A stretch of 32,000 bases of DNA from an uncultured Eubacteriales bacterium. GTDB taxonomy: Bacteria; Bacillota; Clostridia; Oscillospirales; Butyricicoccaceae. This document shows positions 25,610 to 32,000 of the stretch, piece after piece. The position numbers were made by a program, and so were the translations under genes. Position 1 is the stretch's first letter; the number at the start of each line of letters is the position of its first letter. The notes under the pieces are model-generated. The model searched no databases, was not told the DNA's origin, and was given only the letters and a program-made list of their open reading frames with translations. The stretch lies in assembly GCA_910579575.1 (NCBI GenBank), contig CAJTUM010000004.1:80839-112838 (forward strand), read 5' to 3'.

Positions 25610-25799
25610 AGCTTCGCCTGTCTTTCTCAATCACTCGGAACTTTTTGCTGGGGGCATTGCCGATCTTGATAATAAGTTCGTCAACAGCGTCGGTGGACTT
25701 ACCCTCGCTCCGAAGCTCGGTTTTCTTGTCGTTCAGAGACCGAATGACAACCCCATGCTCGTAATCGTCCAGAGCGACAAAATACTGTCTCTCTTTCAT
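25596..25799 (-). CDS. Hypothetical 67-aa protein
   Basis: TAAGGAGGG RBS. Packed between the ArdC-like gene and virD4. No family recognised. Confidence 0.55.
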   Translation of the reverse strand: MKERQYFVALDDYEHGVVIRSLNDKKTELRSEGKSTDAVDELIIKIGNAPSKKFRVIEKDRRSYDER

Positions 25800-25811
25800 C
25801 GACTGCCCTCC

Positions 25812-26699
25812 TTATCGCTCCCTGTCTCGGCTCCGCTCCTGCTTTTGGCGGTAAAGCTCATCAGATACCTTGGAGCAAATCTCGCTCATCGCTGTACGGG
25901 TCTTGGACAGGATATCCCGCTGCTCCTTCGGCTCGGCTTTGGCAAGCTCATCAGGCACTCGCCCAATAGCGAAGTTCTGCGTGTCCACGCCGTACTTCTT
26001 GCAGACCATATACCCAATGCACACCGCCTGAAAGCCGGAATCCCTGCGACTGTATGCCTCACTGTTGATGGCAAGCTGGGCGTGTCCAAGCTCCTGCGCC
26101 ACACACTGGCACAGAGCAACGCTGTCGCCGATATCCCGCTTTACATAGAGCGTCTGCTTTTCGTTGTTGTAGAACGCTCCCATCTCAGGAAAGGGCAGCT
26201 CATCGGCAAGCTCCACCTTCACAGGGGCGGTATCCAGCATGATTGCTACAAGCTGCTGCGGGTCTCGGTTCACGCTGGGCGCAGGCAGACGCTTCCCATT
26301 GGTCTGCGCCACATCAAAAACCTTCTTCACATTGTAGGCAATCCCCGGTGTCCCGTCCTTCTTGGTGTACTCCACCGGTTCAAGGATGGAAAGGCTCTTT
26401 TCACCCTTGTTGATCTTCACATTCTCTTCACCCCAATCGCCAAAGCTCTTGAGCTGCGTAGCGCTGGGATACTGCTTGAAAATCAACAAGGCATTCGCCG
26501 CCGAATACCGATCCATTCGGCTCTGCGTGTCGAGGAACCCCTGCAACTTATTGGGATCAGAGAACACCTCTTGTGCCGTCTTGTCAATGACTGCGTAGAT
26601 CTCCTCTTTCTCCGCCTGTTTCTTTGCCATCCACTCTTCGGTGGAAAGCTGCGGACGCTGGCTCTGCTCCGTCCGCTTGGGCTTGAAATTGTTTGTCAT
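25812..26699 (-). CDS. ArdC-like protein: N-terminal ssDNA-binding (ArdC_N/DUF1738-like) domain plus C-terminal peptidase-like domain with a QELGH variant motif
   Basis: RYSAANALLIFKQYPSATQLKSFGDWGEENVKINKGEKSLSILEP matches the ArdC N-domain pattern (YS..N.LLI..Q.P.AT....W....V.KGEK). The C-terminal VAQELGHAQL (26082-26096) occupies the place of HExxH. Confidence 0.55.
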   Translation of the reverse strand: MTNNFKPKRTEQSQRPQLSTEEWMAKKQAEKEEIYAVIDKTAQEVFSDPNKLQGFLDTQSRMDRYSAANALLIFKQYPSATQLKSFGDWGEENVKINKGEKSLSILEPVEYTKKDGTPGIAYNVKKVFDVAQTNGKRLPAPSVNRDPQQLVAIMLDTAPVKVELADELPFPEMGAFYNNEKQTLYVKRDIGDSVALCQCVAQELGHAQLAINSEAYSRRDSGFQAVCIGYMVCKKYGVDTQNFAIGRVPDELAKAEPKEQRDILSKTRTAMSEICSKVSDELYRQKQERSRDRER

Positions 26700-26705
26700 C
26701 CCATA

Positions 26706-27518
26706 TTACCTCTCTTTCGGCTTTTTCTTCTTTGCGGCTGGCTGCTGGTGGACAGTCTGACGGGGCTTGCCCTTTGCCCCCACCTTCTCTTTGCCGCTCT
26801 CAGGCTCGACACGCTCTGCTTCCTTCTGCTTCGCCGCCTGTCTCTTGTACCCCTCCAACTTCTCTTTCACAGAGGGCTTACGCTGGGGTGGCGTGGCAGC
26901 ACCCTTATCAGTGTGCGTACCGTCCTGCTCTAAGTGCTGCTCGGACAGAGGGCTTTTGTCTGTCTTTGCGGCAGTAGGGTTTTCCTGTTCGTTTCGCTCC
27001 CTTTGCTTGGCTTTGCCCATCGCTTCTTCCACAATGCGCTGCCCCATTGTTTTCGAGGGAACCTCACGCTCCTTTGCCTCACGCTCGGCAACATCCCGCT
27101 CTGCTTCAGAGACGATGGAAGCCTTGTCCACAGTGCCAAGCTCAAAGCGATCCACAATGCGCTGGATTTTAGAAGCGTCCTCGGCTCTTGCGATAATGTC
27201 CACTTGAGCGTCAGGAGCGTTGGTGTTCCGGTCACGAAGGACGCAGTACAGTACGCCGTATCGCTTGGCGTGCTCTGTAAACTTCTTCAAGTCTTTCTGT
27301 GGGAGGGAAAACACTTTCAGCTCCTTGCCGGACTTTATCATGCTGGTCAGTCGTGCCTTGCCACGGGTTTTGCCAGACTGTGATACTTCCTGCTTCAAGA
27401 CCGACGCCAGTAAGATGGCAACCTCCTTTGCCGCTGAACCGGTCAGCTTTGCGGCAACCTCGATGCCCTCAAGGGATAGTCTGACTACCTGTTCCGCTGC
27501 GTCACCGCTGCTTGTCAT
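26706..27518 (-). CDS. PcfB-family (DUF3801) conjugation protein
   Basis: GKARLTSMIKSGKELKVFSLPQKDLKKFTEHAKRYGVLYCVLRD resembles the DUF3801 core. Strong AAGGAGAGGAGG RBS. Overlaps the relaxase 3' end by 17 nt. Confidence 0.65.
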   Translation of the reverse strand: MTSSGDAAEQVVRLSLEGIEVAAKLTGSAAKEVAILLASVLKQEVSQSGKTRGKARLTSMIKSGKELKVFSLPQKDLKKFTEHAKRYGVLYCVLRDRNTNAPDAQVDIIARAEDASKIQRIVDRFELGTVDKASIVSEAERDVAEREAKEREVPSKTMGQRIVEEAMGKAKQRERNEQENPTAAKTDKSPLSEQHLEQDGTHTDKGAATPPQRKPSVKEKLEGYKRQAAKQKEAERVEPESGKEKVGAKGKPRQTVHQQPAAKKKKPKER

Positions 27519-28878
27519 GGAACCTCCTCTCCTTTCTGTGCATGATTTCTTCCTCTGCGATAACCTTCTCCAGCTTCTCTTGAATCACGCCGGAGCGCTC
27601 CGCTATTCCATCGCAGAGCTTTATTTCCTTGCGGAGCGATTTTAGCTTTTCGGAGATTTCAGAAATCTCTGCCTTTGCTGCCAACAGCCTGTCATCTGAT
27701 ACATCCACTCTTCGGATTTCGTTTCGGAGATGTGTTCTGTTGGCAGTAAGCGCTTTGATTTCTTCCTCTACCGAGTCTCGATACGAAAAAAGCTGCTCGG
27801 CAGTACCAATACGGTGTCTGCATAGCAGCGTTGTCTGTGCGCTCAATTCGTCCAGCCTCATCAGGTCATCCCTCAACAGGTAATGCACCTTGGTAGGGCT
27901 TCGCTTCTTGTAGTTCGGCAGATAGCCCAGCTTGTAGCAATAATAAAGGTAACGCCCCTTTAGTCCAGAGACCTTGCGGATACGCTGCTCACGAGTGACA
28001 AGCGCATACTGGCGTGGCTTGGGCGCTTCACGCTGGAACGACCTGAGTAAAACTTTTCCCTGATTTTCTCTGAGCCGCTCCATGATCCGGTCGTTCGCAT
28101 ACTCGTCACCGAGCCGGTACAAACGGATCGGCTTCTTGCTTCCTTTGGGCAGGATCGTCCAGTATTTGTGACGGTCGTTGAAATCGAACGAGTAGCCCAT
28201 CTCCTTCAGGGCATACTCAAGCTGTTTCCTGTTGGAGCTTTGAGAAATGGCTTCATCGAGGGCAGCCCGCACCACATTGTATCTTGTGGGCATACCCGCT
28301 TTGTCCATCACAGTCAGGTGAGCAGACGGGAGATTTCGCTTAGGCTCTCGAATCACATGGAGCTTGTGCTTTTCACAAATCCGATCCGCAACCTTCCTGA
28401 ACTTGAACCATGAAGTATCACGACATCGTTTCCCATCCACAAAGGAAACCGAGTTGATGACAAAGTGACAATGAAGGTGTTTGGTGTTCAGGTGCGTTGT
28501 CACCACCACCTGAAACCGCTCGCCCCATACCTCATTGGCAAACTCCATGCCAATCTTCTGGGCCAGCTCCGGTGTGATGTCCTGCTCCTTGAAGCTCAAG
28601 TAGCCATGATAGGCTTGGATTCCGTCCGGTTTTTCGAACTGCTCTTTGACAGTGACAAACTGCTCTCGTGCTGTCGCCACATTGCAGTTGATCCCCTCGC
28701 AGAAATACTCATGCTCGGTTTTTTCCTCGTCCTTTGCATAGGCAAGCACATCTCGCAGGGCTTGGTAATCATTGAGTGAGTAGTCCCGCAGTGTTTTGTC
28801 TGTCTTTTCGGGATTGGTGGCATAGTCCAGCACTGCTCCAAGCCTGACCGTCACTGGCCACAGCTTTGTTACTGCCAC
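27502..28878 (-). CDS. Relaxase/mobilisation nuclease (MobA/VirD2 family, MOBP-like)
   Basis: N-terminal AVLDYATNPEKT with a candidate catalytic Tyr. His-cluster VVTTHLNTKHLHCHFVINS. C-terminal coiled coil. GTG start at 28878 overlaps the mobC stop. Confidence 0.9.
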   Translation of the reverse strand: MAVTKLWPVTVRLGAVLDYATNPEKTDKTLRDYSLNDYQALRDVLAYAKDEEKTEHEYFCEGINCNVATAREQFVTVKEQFEKPDGIQAYHGYLSFKEQDITPELAQKIGMEFANEVWGERFQVVVTTHLNTKHLHCHFVINSVSFVDGKRCRDTSWFKFRKVADRICEKHKLHVIREPKRNLPSAHLTVMDKAGMPTRYNVVRAALDEAISQSSNRKQLEYALKEMGYSFDFNDRHKYWTILPKGSKKPIRLYRLGDEYANDRIMERLRENQGKVLLRSFQREAPKPRQYALVTREQRIRKVSGLKGRYLYYCYKLGYLPNYKKRSPTKVHYLLRDDLMRLDELSAQTTLLCRHRIGTAEQLFSYRDSVEEEIKALTANRTHLRNEIRRVDVSDDRLLAAKAEISEISEKLKSLRKEIKLCDGIAERSGVIQEKLEKVIAEEEIMHRKERRFHDKQR

Positions 28879-29207
28879 TTCAAGCCGCTATGCTCCGGTC
28901 GCAGGAACTCACGCTCCACATCAGCCTGAAACCTGTGCCAGCGCTCCGCCTCCTTCGCAAGCGCCGGAGCGTCGATGAAGTTCAGGGCATTCGCCTTTGT
29001 GGACAGTTGGTGAATGTTGTTGCCGATGGCAGACAGCTCCCGCATGACATCATAGAACCGGTCATCCGGCTTCTCTCTGGGTTCGTATCCTTTCAGCAGC
29101 AATCGGACAAGCGCAGCTTCCGTCAGGCAGGTGCGCTTGGCTTTCTTCTGCAAGTCCTGTGCTTCCGATTTGGAAAACCAGAACTGCTTTTTAATAGTTC
29201 GCTTCAT
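28869..29207 (-). CDS. mobC: MobC-family relaxosome accessory protein
   Basis: FWFSKSEAQDLQKKAKRTCLTEAALVRLLLKG plus ELSAIGNNIHQLSTKAN matches the MobC signature. AAAGGAGAG lies 7 nt before the ATG at 29207. Confidence 0.75.
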   Translation of the reverse strand: MKRTIKKQFWFSKSEAQDLQKKAKRTCLTEAALVRLLLKGYEPREKPDDRFYDVMRELSAIGNNIHQLSTKANALNFIDAPALAKEAERWHRFQADVEREFLRPEHSGLKWQ

Positions 29208-29213
29208 GGGCAA

Positions 29214-29339
29214 ACTCTCCTTTCATTGATTGGGGTATTAGGGGGAACCCCTAACGAGGTGTTTTTCGACGGTAGGAGTAAAAACGCACTGCTCGTTAAG
29301 ATGATGCAGTCTCTCTCAAGCCCGCCGTTCTCTCGCAGA
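29214..29339 (-). other. Candidate oriT region
   Basis: 126-nt non-coding gap immediately upstream of mobC-relaxase. It contains the perfect inverted repeat TTAGGGG-gaa-CCCCTAA (29238-29254). The nick site was not identified. Confidence 0.35.
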
Positions 29340-30410
29340 TTATCGCTCCATTTCCTTCGAGACCGGCTTATATGGGACGGCTGCGATACCGCTTTCGGTG
29401 CGGAAAAAGCGCTCAGGATTCTTGAACTTCTCCTGATACTTTTTCACCTGTTTGGGAGACAGGCTCTCGAATCTTTCGCTCTCTATGGGAGCTGCAACGA
29501 TAAAAAAATCCCCCGCAATGATGTCGATCATTTCACGAGAGTCGTTTTTCATATAGCACCGCTCAACCTTCCAACCGTCTTTGCCGCCATGTTCGTCTGC
29601 CATATACTGTTCCAGACGGACGCCCTTATCTGTCCCGTCAAGGGCTTCTGCAAAGATGGAGTAGCCGCCCATATTAGGCCGAAACGCCTTGTTGTCGCTG
29701 GACACCACATAGGTTCTGGATTCCAACGAATAGGGCTTAGTGAAGCTGTCCTGCGAGAAAACAATATAGCCGGTAACATGACCGCCGTACTCTTTCTCGA
29801 CCTCCCGAAAAAGGTTTTTCATCTCCTGATAGGTCATGTCAACCTCAACCGGCTCGGCATAAATAGCCCGATTCAGCGGCAGTCCATTGACCTTTCCCTC
29901 CTCGTTGCAGATGAGCGCCACCTCATCCGCAAAGGGCATATATTCCTCAATGTCGCCGCCAACAACCGCCTGCATTGCCGACAAGCTATCCTCGATTTTG
30001 ATAAGCCGGGGTATTTTATCCGGCTGCACAAGAAGCACCTCAATGGTCTTGAGCTTGTCGAGATCACAGAACCGTTCGCTTTTCTGTGCCTTGCTGGGGT
30101 CAAAGGAAACCTCCTTAAATCCAAAGCTGTCACAGAAATAGAAGCCCTTTTCCACCTTTTCCGCCTCTATCACTTCCACCACATCGGAGACGGACAGCGA
30201 CCGAGCTTTGTAGCCGGTGGGATGGCTTTGGTTGAACACTTCGTACACATCTTCAAGGCTCCTGCACCCGACAGTCCCCTCAAAAACACTGTCATAGACT
30301 GAACTGTCAAGGCTCATGTCCCCATGCTTTTTCATCAGGAAATCGCTCCCCATGAAAGCGAGATTTTCAGAATCCCGCTCCATGTTTACCTGATAGATTT
30401 TGATTTTCAT
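29340..30410 (-). CDS. YodL-like plus DUF3846 domain protein
   Basis: N-terminus KIKIYQV...LEDVYEVFNQSHPTGYKARSLSVSDVVEV is YodL-like. Middle IEVLLVQPDKIPRLIKIEDSLSAMQAVVGGDIEEY...ALICNEEGKVNGLPLNR is DUF3846-like. 1-nt overlap with the upstream stop. Confidence 0.65.
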   Translation of the reverse strand: MKIKIYQVNMERDSENLAFMGSDFLMKKHGDMSLDSSVYDSVFEGTVGCRSLEDVYEVFNQSHPTGYKARSLSVSDVVEVIEAEKVEKGFYFCDSFGFKEVSFDPSKAQKSERFCDLDKLKTIEVLLVQPDKIPRLIKIEDSLSAMQAVVGGDIEEYMPFADEVALICNEEGKVNGLPLNRAIYAEPVEVDMTYQEMKNLFREVEKEYGGHVTGYIVFSQDSFTKPYSLESRTYVVSSDNKAFRPNMGGYSIFAEALDGTDKGVRLEQYMADEHGGKDGWKVERCYMKNDSREMIDIIAGDFFIVAAPIESERFESLSPKQVKKYQEKFKNPERFFRTESGIAAVPYKPVSKEMER

Positions 30411-31372
30411 CAGCGTTCTCTTCTCCTCTCATTGCTTTTTTCTCTGGATAATCCTAGCTTCCGGCAAAGGAAATCGTTATAGTCCTTGCCGTACTGCGGC
30501 GGGCAATCTTCTATCTCATACCTGTCTGCCAGCTTCGCTCTGAGCGCCAAGCTCGCATTTCTCCCTGCTGCGTCATTGTCAAAATGAAGCGAGATTTTTC
30601 TCATCGAAGGATTCTCAGAGAGAAACTGTGACAATGCCATAGGTGTCTTGCTGTCCTCCGGTCGCTTCTTTGACAGGTACACGCCAGAAAGAGAAACAAG
30701 GTTATTTGCCCTCCAGTCTCGCCCTGCCATGACATCCAAGGTTGCATAGGAAAGCAGGTCAATAGCACACTCGAACAGGTGCAACTCTTCGTTTCTGCTT
30801 TCCGCTATCCGAAAGGAATAGTGCTTGTCGCTGCCGGAACAGTCACCCATAATGCGGGTGCTGTTTGTTGCCCGAAACGCCGCATATCTGGGCTTATGCT
30901 CTCGGTCATAGCCTACAAAAACGGCATTGTGATACGGAAGGTTCTCAAAGATCAGCTCATGGGAAATGCAGTATTCAATGACGCCATAGTCGATTCCTCT
31001 CCCGAAAAGGTACTCTGTGACCTTATCCGTTGAGGGGCTTTTCTCTGGCAAGAGCAAAACCTTCGGCACATCCTCTTTTGGCTTGGCGCACACCATCGTA
31101 GGCATGACAGCCGCCCTTCCCATCAGCGTCTCAACGGCTTCGATAAAAGAAACGCCCCTGACCTTCACGAGATAGTCAAGGGCATTGTAGCCGCCGATTC
31201 GCTGCGACCACCACATCCATTTTCCGTTGGAAATCTTTAAGCTGTCGTGGGTTCTGGTCGTGTAATTGTTCGGAGAAATCCGAACAAGCTCATCCGGTTC
31301 ACACGCTTGCAGATAGGTCAGAAGGTCTATTCTCCTTGCCTGTTCGATTACCTCCGGTGCAATATATGGCAT
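30410..31372 (-). CDS. DUF3991 plus Toprim domain protein (primase/TraC-like)
   Basis: N-terminus IEQARRIDLLTYL...HDSLKISNGKWMWWSQRIGGYNALDYL. Toprim Glu in LHLFECAIDLLS and the DxD motif in HFDNDAAGR. Confidence 0.8.
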   Translation of the reverse strand: MPYIAPEVIEQARRIDLLTYLQACEPDELVRISPNNYTTRTHDSLKISNGKWMWWSQRIGGYNALDYLVKVRGVSFIEAVETLMGRAAVMPTMVCAKPKEDVPKVLLLPEKSPSTDKVTEYLFGRGIDYGVIEYCISHELIFENLPYHNAVFVGYDREHKPRYAAFRATNSTRIMGDCSGSDKHYSFRIAESRNEELHLFECAIDLLSYATLDVMAGRDWRANNLVSLSGVYLSKKRPEDSKTPMALSQFLSENPSMRKISLHFDNDAAGRNASLALRAKLADRYEIEDCPPQYGKDYNDFLCRKLGLSREKSNERRRER

Positions 31373-31378
31373 ACTACA

Positions 31379-31708
31379 TCACCGGCTTTCCTTTGCGTGT
31401 TCCCGCTTGATAACCTCATCGGCTCGGCTCTCAATGCAGTCACGAACCACATCCATGCGGTCTGTATCCCTCTTGTCGAACTCTTTATAGAGGTCGGCAA
31501 GCGGAGTGGGAGACTTCAAAAGCGCCTTTGCCCGCTTGGGCGAAAGCTCAAGAACATCCATCTCCATCAGAATGTCCTCCCGAACAGTGTACTCGTTTGT
31601 GTGGCTCAAAATCTCGCTGGGTTCCTGTTGCAGCAACCAGTCACGATAGCTGTCCTGCTCCGCTTTCATCTTCTCACACAGCTCTGTTCGATAGTCCCGC
31701 TGGGTCAT
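31379..31708 (-). CDS. DUF3848-like small protein
   Basis: AAGGAGGTG RBS. EPSEILSHTNEYTVREDILMEM...ALLKSPTPLADLYKEF resembles DUF3848, which usually precedes the Toprim gene in these elements. Confidence 0.5.
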   Translation of the reverse strand: MTQRDYRTELCEKMKAEQDSYRDWLLQQEPSEILSHTNEYTVREDILMEMDVLELSPKRAKALLKSPTPLADLYKEFDKRDTDRMDVVRDCIESRADEVIKREHAKESR

Positions 31709-31771
31709 ATCGACACCTCCTTTGAATAATTCATAGCCGGAAAAACAGCGGATTGGTTCTTTCGGCTATGT

Positions 31772-31799
31772 AAAACAGCACGAGAAAATCTCGTGCTGT
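31772..31799 (-). terminator. Rho-independent terminator after the truncated upstream gene
   Basis: Minus strand reads ACAGCACGAG-attttc-CTCGTGCTGT followed by TTTTAC. The stem is about 10 bp. Confidence 0.6.
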
Positions 31800-31814
31800 C
31801 TGGTGTTGGCTGTC

Positions 31815-32000
31815 TTATCTTTCCCTCGACCGGTCTCGCTCCGGTGTCAGATCCTCTCCCTCGTCGAGTTCATCACCAGCCATCTCATTCTCCCTCTTAT
31901 CGAGGTTCAACAGAATATCTAACTCGTTCAGCCTTGCGGTCATCCGCTGTAGCTCTTCGTCTTGAGGGAAGGGCTTTTCCACCTCCGCTTTGGCGGTTTG
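31815..32000 (-). CDS. C-terminal end of a protein whose gene starts beyond the right edge; function unknown
   Basis: Not in the ORF track. The reverse complement from 32000 reads QTAKAEVEKPFPQDEELQRMTARLNELDILLNLDKRENEMAGDELDEGEDLTPERDRSRER then TAA (31817-31815), with no internal stop. Confidence 0.55.
   Translation of the reverse strand, partial: QTAKAEVEKPFPQDEELQRMTARLNELDILLNLDKRENEMAGDELDEGEDLTPERDRSRER

Larger units (their letters stand above)
1..32000. mobile_element. Internal segment of a Firmicutes/Clostridia-type integrative conjugative element or conjugative plasmid; boundaries and integrase not in window
   Basis: Complete relaxosome plus T4SS gene set (MobC, relaxase, VirD4, VirB4, PrgI-like, TrbL-like, Maff2, CHAP hydrolase, PcfB, Toprim). 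It sits beside an XRE/ImmA switch and a cargo defence operon. Confidence 0.7.

Noticed and set aside
25464-26933. 489-aa + strand ORF spanning the antisense of virD4, the 67-aa gene, the ArdC-like gene and pcfB
   Set aside because: It crosses three real gene boundaries on the opposite strand. Its composition is repetitive and Leu/Arg-rich, and there is no SD. The minus-strand genes have motifs and coupled RBSs.
28866-30302. 478-aa + strand ORF antisense to mobC and the YodL/DUF3846 gene
   Set aside because: Same reasoning. It also spans the non-coding oriT-like gap, has no motif and has no RBS.
1-32000. Integrase, att sites, tRNA, rRNA, CRISPR arrays or a group II intron
   Set aside because: No recombinase-like ORF, tRNA-like cloverleaf, long structured non-coding gap or spaced direct-repeat array was found. 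All non-coding gaps are under 200 nt.

Overview
The window looks like an internal piece of a Firmicutes (Clostridia-type) integrative conjugative element or conjugative plasmid. No integrase, element ends, tRNA, rRNA or CRISPR array are visible. It has three modules. (1) 1-3.8 kb is a regulatory switch. Four copies of a CACGAA-N6-TTCGTG palindrome lie between divergent operons. The + strand operon encodes XRE repressor, ImmA-type HExxH peptidase, Y-family DNA polymerase and a YolD-like protein. The - strand operon encodes an 81-aa protein and a second ImmA-like peptidase cut by the window edge. (2) 3.8-16.0 kb is one tightly packed minus-strand operon built around a type III restriction-modification pair (mod, res). 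It carries four extra genes: an SNF2-family helicase, a DUF4391-like protein, a 599-aa protein with a DUF4365-like PD-(D/E)xK N-terminus, and a 432-aa AbiJ/HEPN-like protein wedged between mod and res. Every junction is a 4-5 nt gap or an overlap, and a small HTH gene with a good sigma-A promoter sits upstream. I do not recognise this six-gene combination as a named system, so it is my main candidate for an undescribed composite defence system. (3) 16.1-32 kb holds a SLOG/DUF1273 gene pair and an XRE gene, then a minus-strand conjugation module. Its genes, from high to low coordinates, are DUF3848, DUF3991-Toprim, YodL/DUF3846, MobC, MOBP-type relaxase, PcfB, an ArdC-like protein, the VirD4 coupling protein, Maff2, a TrbL/VirB6-like protein, a Cys-rich protein, PrgI/TcpE-like, the VirB4 ATPase and a CHAP hydrolase. 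All family assignments come from motifs and remembered family signatures read by eye. No database search was run.
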